Part shown: positions 25,701 through 38,202 of the stretch, piece after piece | Position numbering within the stretch: position 1 is the stretch's first letter | Layout: each line of letters starts with the position of its first letter | DNA from: Takakia lepidozioides | Lineage: Eukaryota; Plantae; Bryophyta | DNA: 64,000 bases | Assembly (NCBI GenBank): GCA_030704615.1 | Contig: CM060732.1 | Span: forward strand, 47,740,001 to 47,804,000 | Direction of reading: 5' to 3' | Notes under the pieces: model-generated | Databases searched by the model: none | The model's input: only the letters and a program-made list of their open reading frames with translations | What the model was told of the DNA's origin: nothing | Position numbers and translations under genes: made by a program

Positions 25701-27199
25701 AATGTTTGGTTGGTGATGGTAGCCTTTGATCTGACACCAAATGTACCTTGCCAATGGGTCTTTGTATGGGAAGGAGATATGTGGGATAAGCCAGACAGCA
25801 TAGTAACAAGTTACTCCACCAGAGCCTTTGAGTCCTGTGCGTGGACGAGTGACTGACTGAAAGCTATACCCGCGAATCGGAGGAGGCTATTTGCCTTCGT
25901 ATGCATGTGTTTCCAATAGAAAGAGAATATCACATTTGGAGAGGATATCGAGAAGCCCTTGAGGATGGCTCCACAAAGAACCATTGCAATTCCATGAGCC
26001 TATGTGCAGATGCGAGCGTGAGTTGGTCACATGGGGCCCCAACCCCTACTTGGAGTTAGAGGGTCGACTTTGTTGTTCTCGAATGATGACTCTGCCATCT
26101 CGGAACACGGCGTAGTGTCCCTGTGCTCGAGCCTCCTTAACCTGAGCGAGTTGAGCCCGCATGTCTTTGTATTGCATGGGGGTCAGGTCGTCATTGAGGT
26201 ACATGGCGTGACCTCTCAAGTGAGTCCTCTGACGTAGAACCCTCTCCCAAGCAGCCTTGTCCCAAAATCTGATGAACAAGACATTGTGTGTCGGAGTTCC
26301 TGCACGCCAAACCCGTTCAATGCCACTTGCTCCTCGCGGTAGAGCTAGGTTTTGCTGGATGAGGGTGGTTGCTGCTTCAAGGGGGTCACCCTCTGCAAGG
26401 GTCCCAAGCTTCCCAGTGACCCGAATGTTAAGGGATTTGAAAGCTCGTTGTTGTTCTTCTCGAAGGGTAGCTGAGACTGTCTCGTCCAAAGTGCGGGAGC
26501 TGCTGCTGGATGGTCCAGTGCTTCCTTTGACTATGCTAGCCCAAGTAGAAGCCTCCGCCTTATGAGCTTGGAGCTCTTGAGCCATAGACGATGTCGCAGC
26601 CCTGTGGGATTCGAGCTCCTTAGAAAGAGTTTTCACTTGCTGGTGGATACTTGCCGTGAGGGTAGTTGAACTGTCCTTCTCTGTCAGGGCCCTCACTTCT
26701 CCTTCCAATTTAGAGAGACGTGCAGTGGTTGTTGTAGAATTGAGCTGTTTCAGCAGGCCCTCCACTTTGGTATTGCTCTCTAGAAGGGAAGCTCGCAAGA
26801 CGTCCACCTCCGCCCGTAGATTCTCCATGTCCTTGTCCACCTTCGCCTGTAGATTCTCCATGTCCCTATCTTTGGCTGCGAGTAAATTCTGCAGAGTCTC
26901 CTCTGAGACGCAACGGGATTGTAGAATGGCCACTTACTCTCGCAGGATCTAAATGTCTGCACTCCTAGTGGAATACTGGCGCAATGGAGAGGTATGCTGA
27001 GAGCTCGGGGCAGAAAGAAGGAGTAGAGGAGTATCGGGGAGAGGCGAGGTTAAGACCCCATCATCGTCCCCAGTCCGTTGTCGTTTGGACGAGGACATGG
27101 TGAAGAGGGTTGGGGCGCCCACATGCCTGCGCGCGTGAGCGGGCGCTGACGCGCGCAGCGAAGCGGAATGAGGAGGTGAAGCGAAGAGGCTCTAGCGGA
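22764..27199 (-). mobile_element. Near full-length non-LTR retrotransposon, RTEX-like (ORF1 + APE-RT ORF2, (CATTT)n tail), inactivated
   Basis: Coiled-coil ORF1 at ~26046-27098. ORF2 has APE motifs (GSWNCNG, FLLETH, GDFNART, SVVDYLL), RT motifs (FVDFHKAFD, GVKQGCPLSPTLF, LLYADD) and a C-terminal RFRVGSHNLRIEIGRW..CPAC..ETEEHFFFYCP. Microsatellite tail at 22764-22780; possible TSD GAGAA (22759-63 / 27200-04). The clade assignment is an inference. Confidence 0.88.
26046..27098 (-). pseudogene. LINE ORF1 (coiled-coil), with premature stops near the N-terminus
   Basis: MSSSKRQRT... continues through TAG/TAA stops into the 295-aa heptad-rich ORF ending MYLNDDLTPMQ..AVFRDGRVII, a typical ORF1 C-terminus. 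Confidence 0.75.
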
Positions 27200-29404
27200 G
27201 AGAAGAGATTTGACATCCATCAAAATCCTTGAGACAGATCGCTTCTAAGTTGTGTAGGGAAGCAAGCCAATATGTGCACACATCACGGATTCTGCTCCAT
27301 AGAATGAAACAACGACTGAAGAATCTCTCACGTTCTGAATTCCTACCTGAGCATAAGTGGCTTTCCATTTGAGTGCCTACTCAGGTTCCAAAGCTTACGC
27401 ATCTAGTAAGGATCTAACATACTTATAATTCTCAAGTTTCGTCGATGACAGCCATTCAAATGCTTTCTCAATACTCACAAACCTCAAAATCTTTCATTTG
27501 CCATGTTTTGTAGAAAAGGAGGTCAGATAAAGAGAACATCTGTTCATCAGGTCCCTCCTTCAACCTCCTGTTCTTTGGCAAGTCCTGCTGTTATGAGAAC
27601 GGAAAATAAGTGCTTATCAGATTGAATAGTCATGTACGCTTTCTTGATCCACATGAAATTGCACATCCGTAATCTTGAAGTCCTTTCCTTGCTGATCTGG
27701 AAAAGAAATGATGACTCCGACCGCAATCAGCAAATATGGGTGATAGCAGTGTGTCCAAAAACACACAATCTCTCAATACATCGACTAGGTCAATGCTTCC
27801 AGACATTGAAACTAGTGAGGAATCCCTTGTATATCAGAACTTCTGGGAGGATGTATCCCACCTTGAAGGTAAAGTCCTGCTCTTCAGCGTCCCTCAAACA
27901 ACATTGTAAGGCAACTGCAAGGACTGCCTTTACAAATTGATTTTTTGATGTTCACTTGTGGAAGGCTGCATACGTGAGAAGAAGAACAGGCCATAAAGTT
28001 TATGTGAAGAAGATATTCACATGTTGACATCGAGCCTTCTTGGTGAGAAAGTGTTGTTTCCTCCTCTGTTTCTTACATTGTTGCATTATGAATACAACTT
28101 GGAATGTTCAGTGTTCAGGTTGCAGCAACTTGAAATTTCTACCCTCTCTTAATTGACCTAGAGTGTACAAGGCAATCAAATTGGCTTCATACCAAACTAC
28201 ACAATTAGGAGTGTGGTCAGAGGCACGCCAACTTCTCATTCCATCCATCTTCATCCACGAATATCCTTTCAGCTACAAGTTGCTTGGAAGCTATGGTAGA
28301 TGGATCCTTGATTCATGCATCTTGCAAAGTGTTGATATGTCCATTGATTCCAACAATGGAGGTCCTTGCACGCATTTGGAACCTGCAAGACCGATGTAGT
28401 TGTAGACTGTCAGTCACATAGTTGAAGGAAATGGGCAGATATGACCCCACATGCACACAAGACAGCTCAAACATATGGCTGGTGGGGCAATACTAGGTTG
28501 TGTGAGATCCTTCAATGCCATTGAGCCACACACTCTCATTTCTTTGGCATTGTGGATGGAGCTGTGATAGTCTTCCCTAGAAACATTGACTTCAAGAAAT
28601 CATACATTAGTCAACATTTGCTGGATGTCAGTTTAAGACTGCAAACCTTTGTCAAATCACATTTTGGGGGGGCCAATAATGAGTGTTAGAGATGTAGCAA
28701 TGGGTTGTAGATACCATCTAGAGTTGGATCCCAAAATTCAGAAGTAGTATCCATTGTGCATGTGAAATGCAATCCAAGTGCAGCCTTCCTCACAAGCACA
28801 TTACAGTAAATGTGTTTTATGCAGAGGACTCGAAGTCAAAATACAGTACATTACTCAAGGCCCATCTTACAGTAAATTCAATTCATTATAAGTAGTTAAA
28901 TTCTCCTATCACAAACAACTGAAGCAAGACACACCCATAGTAGTTTATTGGAGATTCTTACAACTTTGGCAACAACGGTTCAAAATCCAGGAATTAGGAA
29001 CTGCCTATGCAACAGTTTTGTAAAAGAAGAAACGAATGCACTTCACAGAGTTATCTCATCCAGGTTTAAGTAAGCATGCAAGAAACCCAAGCCCTAACTC
29101 GTCTCAAATAAACAGCAATACACAACATACTTGCTTTAAACATATAATCCCTTGGCTGAAGTGTAAAACAGAGAAAAAGTGTGTGCTCCATCGTGAAGGA
29201 ATGTCACTTTGCTCACAAGACATGTACGAAAGAGACCCAAAGTTCAATTAGTCTGGAAACACATCAAAATGGCCACAAAAAAAAACTCCACTATGTATTG
29301 AGTTTCCTAGAAAATGGGTTTTTTTTTCCCCCTTACGTTCTTAATTTGACCAAAAGGGCCTCCATCCCCCTCTTTTTATTTTTTATTTTTCTAAAGTTTG
29401 GTAG

Positions 29405-29560
29405 TTTGTTTTGTTTTGTTTTGTTTGTTTGTACATTGAAATCTCCCCCGCAACTTGTTACTGCTGGAAAGCGAGTGCTGGTGCATCGAGGCTGTTTCAT
29501 AATTTTGGGATTGCAGTGTGGCAGATATTGAATTTCAAGTATTTTGGGTCATTGGAGATT
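29405..29560 (+). repeat. Dispersed repeat (probable non-autonomous DNA TE fragment); second copy at ~47015-47185
   Basis: Shared gttttgt..tac.ttga.atctccc...tactgctggaaagc...ggtgcatcgagg..gtttcataatttt.gga...gatattgaatttcaagtatttt. Confidence 0.6.
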
Positions 29561-30100
29561 CTTGAAGAATAAAAATTGGGAATTTTGTGGAATATATGTC
29601 TTTTGGTACATGTGCTCAAGGACACAAGTCACATAAGTCCATATATCAAGCAAGGCAGTTTGTTGGCTCTGTCCCTTGGGGCGGAGACTTTGCATCATAT
29701 TGAAGTCAATGGAGCAAATGTGGTCAACGGACCTTACACCGTGTCAAGAGTATCATTGACGGAAAAAGCTCTTAAGTATAAACCACGTGGCAACTTGTCA
29801 AAATTGTTGCTTCAATGGACGGAGCCTCTCGCAGTTTGCGGCTTGTTTTGTATTGTTGTCACGTGCAGATCTCCCAAATTGCAAGCTACTGGACTTCGAG
29901 GTGGTTCACAATTTTTGTCACTTGAAATCCATGAAAAATAGCAAATTGGATTTTTCTGGAATATTGGCCCTTCATTTCTGTTTTGGTACACATGGCCGTA
30001 ACTATGAATATGTAAAACCAGTACAATATGTGCTCAATGGAACCGGGTATGCCACACTAGTAGTAACAATATATGCTTTAAGTACATATATACGTATATA

Positions 30101-31760
30101 ATTTTTTTTCTTTTTTCTTTTTTTCTTTTTTTTTGATGAAAGGGGACGGAGACCCTTTTAATCAAATTATTGAAAAAGTGTGGAAAAAATAACCACCAAG
30201 GAAGGCCATAAAGGCTCACTAAGGGGGCAGTCCCCCGAGACCCTAGCCAGCTTGCTAAACAGAGAGATAAAAGAGAGACAAAGAGTAGAGTGTGAGTTGT
30301 GATCTGAGATAAAAAGTAAGGGACTGTAGTGATAAGGAGGAAAGACCTGCTAGACTAGACATTGCCTTTATCTAGTGATAGCTGAGTGGCTAGAGATATA
30401 GGAGCTGAGTTAGAGGAGCAGGAGTGCTACATTCAGAACTTGAGTTGAGCTCAGAATTTGGGGTCTCTAGCCCGTTTGTGACGCCAATTGTAATCAGCAT
30501 CATCCCCTTCACCATGGGACCTCCCATTGGGAGGGGATGGATTGGTACCATGCAACACGAGTGTTGGAAATACTGGAGCCGAGCAGGTTGCCTTTGCCCC
30601 AGGAGTCATGGAAATCTTGAAGCAGTTTCCTCCCCGGTTGCTCCGAAGTTCTGGGAAGAACTGCACAGACATTGAACCACGTTTTCCTCCCCTCGGTTAA
30701 CAGATCGTGGTAAGTACAAAACAACACTGATCTGCCCCTAGGGGGTTTCCCCTCGTAAACCCAAGCACATCTGGTTTTCCACAGATTCCATAGTGTCAGA
30801 GCCCTAAGAGAAGCCCAGACTGGACATGGATTTTGTGATTGACCGGGGTGGAAGTTGAGAAGAAGCAAAGAAGCTGAGGGAGGTGAAGGAAAGGTATCCC
30901 AGTGGGAGTAGAAGGCAAGAACCAACTGCCAGATTCTGTTAGAGAGGTTGCATAGCAACAGATAATGTTCAATGATCGATTCCAGGTCGACATTACACAT
31001 AGTGCAGGTAGGGTTGTCTTCATGACCGGTGATGCTAGTATGGGAGCGCACTTTGAGGGCAGGAGAGGCTTGAAAGGTGGTTGCGAAGGAGAAATAGTGA
31101 GGTAAGGCTGTCTATGAAAATGTAGTATGGGGGCGAGAAGGAGGGCATCTCGGAGAGTGCTTCAAAGATTGTCATAAGCTCAGCGTGTAATATAGTGGTT
31201 GGGCCTGGAAGTCTAAGTGCTACCCCACGGCTATTAGCAGCGTGATAGACACCGTAGCCAGCGTTAGAGCCGGATTGGGAGCCATCTATATAGTGGGAAT
31301 GTGAGGGAGAGAATTTGAGCGGCATACGTAGATGTGAGACCGGTGGGTCAGTAGGGGGTAGGAGATGAGCAGGAGGAGGGCGCGGCAACGCCCTTATCCA
31401 GGCCTTGCTTGGGTTGACTCTGGAAACAGGGTGGGTGAGGAGCAAGATGTAGATGGGAAAGGGAGTGTGTTGGGGGTAATGGATACTTTCATCCCCCATG
31501 TGCGTACCAGTAAGTGGTGTAAGTTAGAGGGGAGGGTAATTGGCGTGGAGGTGGGATGGGTGTGTTGGACGAGTAGTAGTGAGGTAGTGGTGGGTTCTAA
31601 GGTATTTGGGGAAGGGGTGTGCGTATAGGAGCTGGTTAGGTTCAAAGGTGGCTAGGAGGGTGACGCCATGGGGGAGTTGTAGGAGGGGATGGGGGTTGTC
31701 TGGAGGCCTTTGTTGTGTAAGTAGGAGAATAGTACAGGCAAAGGGGGAGACATAGGCCTA
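30101..31760 (-). mobile_element. 5'-truncated L1-clade LINE with RNase H, zf-RVT and poly(A) tail
   Basis: RNase H YIDGS..AGYGVY..TILHAELMTIFEAL..YIFIDSLTS (31035-31499). Zinc finger CTMCNVDLESIIEHYLLLC..IW and LWNLWKTRC (30509-31051). The T-run at 30101-30135 is the A tail. Confidence 0.8.
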
Positions 31761-31859
31761 GTCATGTGAAGTCATTATTGGTCAAAAGTGGCTTTTCTTC
31801 TTCATTTTGAGAGACTGAAATCTGAATATGAAAGCCTTGGATGGTGTATAAGTATTTGT

Positions 31860-32010
31860 CAGTAAAGAATGCCAGTAAATGGATCAGGAAATGGACTTTG
31901 GTAACTAGAAATGGACCAGTAAATGGTGCCAGTATTAAATGGATCAGTAAAAGGACTTTGGAACCAAGAAATGGACCAACATATGGACTTTGGTGCCAGT
32001 AATTGGACAT
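31860..32010. repeat. Degenerate minisatellite (~55-60 bp unit)
   Basis: Repeated gccagta..aaatggatcag.aaa.ggactttgg.aac.agaaatggacca. Confidence 0.6.
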
Positions 32011-32199
32011 AGTAACTTGATACATGTAGTCTAAGTATTGTAGTGCAGTTGTCAGTGTGATTTGAGCACATATCATAGACATACACAGCCATTATGAAGC
32101 TGCAGCAAAAGAGGTCAAGATTTGGCACGTTACAGCCTAGATTTCAATTCTTTATTCCTTGGTCACTTTGGGTAGGTGTATCTCTTTGGAAGATATCGT

Positions 32200-33478
32200 G
32201 CCTATTCATTCTTTGGCATTGTCTTAAGTGTATGGGGTGATTAATGGAAGCTGCCCGGTGGATGATAGCTGCAATGAGGTTCCGGTCTAGGTGATGAAGG
32301 AAGGGGAATCGCATGCATTGTTGGGCCATCAGATGCGCCTCAACCTGTCAAACCAGGACAGACTCAAAGCAGTGGTGGCAAGGCTGAGGAAAAGTCTGGC
32401 CTTTTGGAGTGCTGCAATGCTTTCCATCGTGGGGAGGGCGCTTGTAGCTAATCAGGTGCTGGAGGCATCCATGTGGTTCTCTACGGCCGTCTGGGATTCA
32501 GATAAGGCAACAGTGAAGGAGATGAAAGCGCTCATTCGCAATTTTATATGGATACAAAGAGCAATCAAACACAGAAACACACCATGGAGTAAGCTCATTC
32601 AATCATACCTTATGGTATCCATGCCAACCACCTCCCACCTATGGGCCCAATCATTGAGGTGGATAGTGCAAGGTAGAAATGCCACTGTGTCACTAGGATT
32701 TAAGCCCTGGCAATCTATCTGGAAGGCCTGGTGTTGCATGAGAGGCAACCTTACAAGAATGACGCAAAATCGGCAGGAGTACCTGCGTCAACCATTGTTT
32801 GCTAATTACAACATGGATTCTGGAACCTTACTTGCTCAGACTCCGAGATGGGCGTTTTGGGAACAACAGGGCTTCACTCACATTGCAAACATGCGGTCAT
32901 AGGATCCATTTTTCTCTCAGGCTCAGGTGTCTACAATCGTAGGCCAAAAGAGATCCAGAGCTTGGGACACCATTCTTGCCAATGTTCCCTGATATATGAT
33001 TTCACTCTTTGATGAGGGGTCGCTAAACCTCATAGTCCTAGCCTGGATGGCACAGGACAATCAAATCCCACATATATTGGTTTTGACAACACAAGGCTTA
33101 GTGGCATCGGGCCTGGGGTTTGAGGTTGATGAAGAGGGGCAACTGTCATATCTGCAGAGGGTCGAAAAAAATATGACTACCCTGTTTCGTATAAGGGTGC
33201 TGGACCAGCTAGGAAACCCAGATCCGTTGCCCCCACAAGGAATGGAAGATCAATGGTCACGACAAGAGTCTCTGATTTGGTTTCTCCAGTGCCCATTGGC
33301 AGACCTGCAATTTGATCCCGGGGAATGGAGGTGGATGGACAAAAAGAAAACCCCTTTTTTTGCGTACTCGGTGAAAAATGGCTACTCCCTCATCAACCCA
33401 CCTCGTTCTTTCAAAGCCAAATGGTGCTCTAAATGGACCAACCTGCAGCTTGCCCAAGGAACCTGGGAAAAAATCTAG
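32200..33478 (+). mobile_element. L1/Tx1-type LINE ORF2 fragment (region downstream of RT)
   Basis: RLRKSLAFWSAAMLSIVGRALVANQVLEASMWF..LIRNFIW; YLRQPLFAN; FFAYSVKNGY. Confidence 0.75.
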
Positions 33479-33479
33479 A

Positions 33480-34530
33480 GGGACATCATATCGCCCACAC
33501 TCACCCATTCCGGCTAATTCACCCAGTACCAGGACCCCTACCACCAAACCCATACGTAACCTAAAATCCACTCTTACACGTGAAGCCCACAAACAAGCCT
33601 CAGCCTTTACCAGCCATACCAAAAGCCTATATCCAAAAATGGACACAATCCACAGTTCTTCACCACAAATTATCAAACCACTTCTGGCACACAAAGACTG
33701 TCACCGACGCGCAACTCCGACAAACACTCAAATTTCGATACGCCCAATATATGGGACACCAACGCAAACACAACTTCTGGCCTCGTCAATTCCCATCCCC
33801 CAACTGTCCATTATGTTCACACATACATAGAGTACGTGACACCTGGCCCCACCTCCTCAGTCAATGTACTCACCCCGTTATACATGGTCTCCGTGTTACT
33901 TGCCACATCCATAAACTTCTCATGTCCAGATCAGAAACCAGATGGTTCTCACTCATCAATGCTGGTACCTATCAAGGCAGACTCCCTGACTACACAGTCC
34001 CTCACTGACTACTCCCATGTAGTTTTATTCATTCACCCTGTACCTGTCCCTCTCGCCTCTGCCCGAATATCCTACTTGTCCACGGCTTACCCATCAATGC
34101 CCCCCTACCCATTTTCCCCTCCCCGGAGCTAACCATTCACTTCGTTGAATTCACATACTGTCACGATCGATACCCAAACCCCTCCACCTTAGAAAACCGA
34201 CAAAAATATGCCCCACACGACAATCTAAAAATCCCTATCCCCCCGATCCACAAATGCTTTAAAGCCATCCACCTCAATGCGCTCCGCTCCCTCATTGCCA
34301 TCAGCACCAATAAGCGACAACTCGAGTTCAACCCCTCTTCGGCACCCCAGGGTACCCGGGGGTACCCCCGGGTACCATAGGTACCCTCGGTACCACTACC
34401 CTATTTACTACCTCGTCCTGGTTACCCGGTGTCCCCTGGGCACCTGTTCTCTTTATAGGGCCCACCCCCGAAAGGGGGCAATAGCCATAAGGTGAAGTGG
34501 CTCTTATTTACGCGAGCCTTGGCCGGAGTC
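33480..34530 (+). mobile_element. 3' part of a restriction-like-endonuclease (Dualen/RandI-like) non-LTR retrotransposon
   Basis: CCHC knuckle CPLC..DTWPHLLSQC followed by the degenerate RLE signature RL.P(N/D)IL..IHFVEFTYCHD..QKY. Shares a structured 3' end with 45851-46288. Confidence 0.7.
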
Positions 34531-35950
34531 TTCTCTCTCTCTGTAATCCAACATATGGCCTAGAGAGTCGACTACAATGAGAAAGATGAAGGGTGCTAGG
34601 GGACAACCTTGTCTCACCGATCTAGAGATGGGAAAACACTTGGAAATCACTCCGTTCACCATGACTCTACTGCGGAATACAAAAGGATGTGCACCCATGT
34701 GAGAAAAAGGCCCCCCTAGCCCTGTTCTTTGAAGAGCTCCTCAAGAAATGACCAATCGATGGAGTCAAAGGCCTTTTCGAAATCCAACATTAAGAAGGCC
34801 AGTGGTTGGCTGTTGATCTCCGCTCTGTGCAGGGCCTCATGGGCCAACAAAATATTGTCAAGGATCATCATGTCTTTTAGGAAACCAGTTTGCTCCTTCT
34901 TTATGATCTTGGGCAGCAGGGGTTGCAGCCTCAAGGCCAGAGCCTTGGCAATTATCTTGTACGTGGAATTCAATAGTGTGATTGGACGATAATTCTTCAT
35001 GCTTTCCCTGTCACCCTTCTTGAAGATAAGGGTAATGAACCCTTCCGCGACCTGCGATGGCATTAATCTATTTTCCAATATGTCATTTGCCATGGATAAA
35101 AACTCATCTCCTATAGTTTGCCACAAGACTTTGAAGAGCTCCACTGGAAGTCCATTGAGGCCCGGTGATTTTTGGGATGCCATGGAGTTCACCGCTTTGT
35201 CCCAATTCATACACTGAGAAGGGGGCAGCTAAGCTGTTTTTGTCCAGTTGAGAGAGGGAACAGGGGATGCGTTGCAAGAGAGTTGCTTTAGCCTGTTCTT
35301 TCTGTTCACCCGGTTGTTGACATTGAAAGAGCTTCTGGAAATACGTGGCAGCCACCGATGCCATGTTTTTGGGTGTATCCGTCAGCTGACCTGTGGAGTC
35401 CCGTATAGCTGGAACCATTGTTGCTGCCCTTCTTTGTGCAGCCTTGACAAAGAAGTACTTTGCCATCTTTTCCCCTTTGAGAGACCAATTTACTCCAGCC
35501 TTGTTTTTATGAAGTTCTCCTTGGCCTGTAAAAGCCGTGAGAGGTTCCTCTTTGCAGTTTTGTAGGACAACATCGTGTGGGGTCCTTCATGTCCTGACTG
35601 CAGCTGGAATTGGCAGACCTCCGAGCACTTTGTGAGTGCATTTTGTCTCCTAGCATTTCCTCAGTTTTTTTCCTCGAGATGTCTATACAAAGGATCCTTA
35701 ACATAGAGAGCTTTGCCAGGAAACAGGCCGTAGGGGAGACCAATGATGTGGTAGCAGAAGACCATGCCTGTTTCAGAGACTGAACAACGAGAAGGTCCTC
35801 AAGAATGGTTGGGTTCAGTCTGGAAAAACCTCTGCTTCGTACCTTGGACCCTGGGGTAGAAAGCACAATTTGAACCAAGGCATGGTCGAACTCCGGGTGA
35901 ATGGGCAGAAGAGGCACAGTTTTGGACCAGGTCAGAACAGTGTTCACCTG
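34531..35950 (-). mobile_element. L1/Tx1-type LINE ORF2 fragment (APE end and RT N-terminal half)
   Basis: DHALV, KYFF, KSPGLNGLPVELFK, NYRPITLLNSTYKIIAK, LDFEKAFDSIDW, RSVRQGCPLAPFIF; frameshifted. Confidence 0.85.
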
Positions 35951-35995
35951 GCGGCTTCCTAAATTGCTTCCCCCTCCTCCTTTTGTCTTTCTCAG

Positions 35996-36214
35996 AAAAA
36001 GAAACGTGGAAGCGACAGCCCACAATTCAGGCCCTTGAGGAGGGGGGGGAAATTAACCCCCTTTCACTTATGGGCCAAAGAGACCTACAAGACGATCAAC
36101 ACCCAAACATACCGTCACAAACAATCCCACACACGGGGCTGGCAGCGGGTTTGAACTCCGAACCACCAAGGCGACACACTGTGCACTTACCAGTTGAGCT
36201 ACCAGCCGATGTGC
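35996..36214 (-). mobile_element. tRNA-derived SINE (copy 2)
   Basis: Head GCACATCGGCTGGTAGCTCAACTGG (A box), GGAGTTCAAACC (B box) and a 3' T-run. Homologous to 9311-9520. Confidence 0.75.
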
Positions 36215-36598
36215 ATATAATTGCTATTGTTAATTTGGTGTTGATAAATGTAACCATAAAATTCCAAAATCATATGCATGGAATATATTCATAAGTTCTA
36301 CAAATATCACAATAAGATCCTTTCAAATGAAATTTCAAAGTACATTTTACTAAGCTCATAAAAAAACTTAACACAGTAAGACCAATGCTCAATTCTCAAT
36401 ATTCTTAAAGGCAGCACCTGGGAGCAATAGCTCACAAATCAGGCTCCTCTTTCAGAGTAACCTCGCCGTGAAGGCTTTCGCATGGGACACCGCCCAGAGA
36501 AGGGGGAGAAGAACATACCATTACCATCAAGGTAGCAGGATTTGACCCCAAAATCATCTGGGTGGCATTGAGTGCACTATCCAACTGAGCTACTCTTA

Positions 36599-36950
36599 GG
36601 GCCGCTTTACACTAGGGCCCAAGCCCAAGACCAAGTGAGAATGGAGCATTCCCATTGGCGGAGGCTTGAAAATTGGGCCCAACGGCTTTACATTACGGCC
36701 CCAGCCCAAGAAAATGGAAGGGGGTCATTTGCCTACATGGCACCTACATGGCACAAGTTTTGGCGCCAACTTCTTGGGCTGGACCAAGAGAAAGGAACCC
36801 TCCTAGAAATTCTTGGGCCCAAGAAGTTTGGTATTAAAATAGACTATTTTTGTGTGATCATGACCGTTGAAGTTGGCCCAAGACCAGCCCAAGAGTGGTA
36901 GAAATTGGGCCCGGAATTTCTTCGGCTTGGGCCCTAGTGTAAAGTGGTTC
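36599..36950. mobile_element. Tourist-like (PIF/Harbinger) MITE
   Basis: ~27 bp imperfect TIRs (gggccgctttacactagggcccaagcc / ggcttgggccctagtgtaaagtggttc) with a TTA duplication on both sides (36596-98, 36951-53). Confidence 0.85.
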
Positions 36951-38202
36951 TTAGTCTATGCTTTGAAACGGAAACATGATGATATTTCTGTAACTATCTA
37001 TTCAAAAAATCAGATTATCTCTTAATGAAAAATATAATAGGTATGAAATACAATAAAAATGACACTTTGCAATGTGACATTCTCTTGAATATAATGTTAT
37101 TTATCCCTTCAGATATTGTAGGTATAGATGTATAGATATACATCTAAAATCCAAATCTCTCTAGGGCCTCATCCCTTTTACTTTTAAAAAAACCAAAATA
37201 CGATGTGCTATATGCCTAATTATTCTGTACACATTAGGCTAAGAAGTTTGTAGCAAAATGATGCCATTGGGTGTCACCACTAGAGATGGTATAGTAACAA
37301 CCAAAAGATTAAAATGTCAAAAGAATATTATTAGAAGAAAAACGAGGAGCATTGTAACATACACAATATGAAATTTTCAAATGACAAAGAGACAAGGCTT
37401 TTGAACATCTAGTCTATGAATCTAGTCTTAGTTGTTGACTTTTGTTCAAAAATTTCCAAACCCCAACAAGTACAGCCATGCATTTGGTATTAACTGAAAT
37501 GCGAAGGAGGTGTTCTCTATCTCTCTGCAGGTCTTGGAGGTAACCCACATGCAACTGTGATCCTGTCAAACCTCCCAGAAAGAGGTGAAAGAAGATAGAG
37601 GGTTGGGGGTGTCTTCTGCTGGTTGGAGGTGATATCCCACATATCCTTCATCTGTGGGAGTTCAATCCTGTAAAGAGAGAAGAAAAACCAACATGCTTGA
37701 AAATTTGTTTCAAAATGGATTTCTGTATGAATTCTGATCTTGGGTTAGAGGGGTGACCCTACATTTCTATTTCTTTCTTTGTTCATTCTTAGAGGTGAGC
37801 AGTAGAGGATGCACCTGCTAGATGGGCTGGACAGAGGGCCTGCAAATGTGTAAAGATGGTTGAGGCATTGCTAGAGAAGATTGGGGGAAAACACATGTCC
37901 TTCTCTTTTGCAGCCCTCACCCCGGCCTCTTTGCAATCAGGAGCACGCCTACTTACAGCCTTGATCTTCAAACCCTCGACTTGTCTAGTTCCAGCCTTCA
38001 CATGAGCCTGTGCATGTGTATTATATACCACAACCTAGCTGGGTTGGAAACCTTCGATGCTGTGAGGCTAACAACATGGGTGCCAGGACTGTCGGATGGC
38101 ATGGATAATTGAACTGTCATTATAGATGTATGGGTGTTCATGATACAGATGCAGGCGTTTACATCAGAGCAACTGCTGGGAGAATATGATCATTGGGAGA
38201 AG

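Noticed and set aside
34457-34510. Hammerhead ribozyme
   Set aside because: Three stems are present, but the CUGANGA core is missing.
36140-36214. tRNA gene
   Set aside because: A and B boxes are present but there is no convincing cloverleaf. It continues into a body shared with 9311-9520, so it is a SINE head.
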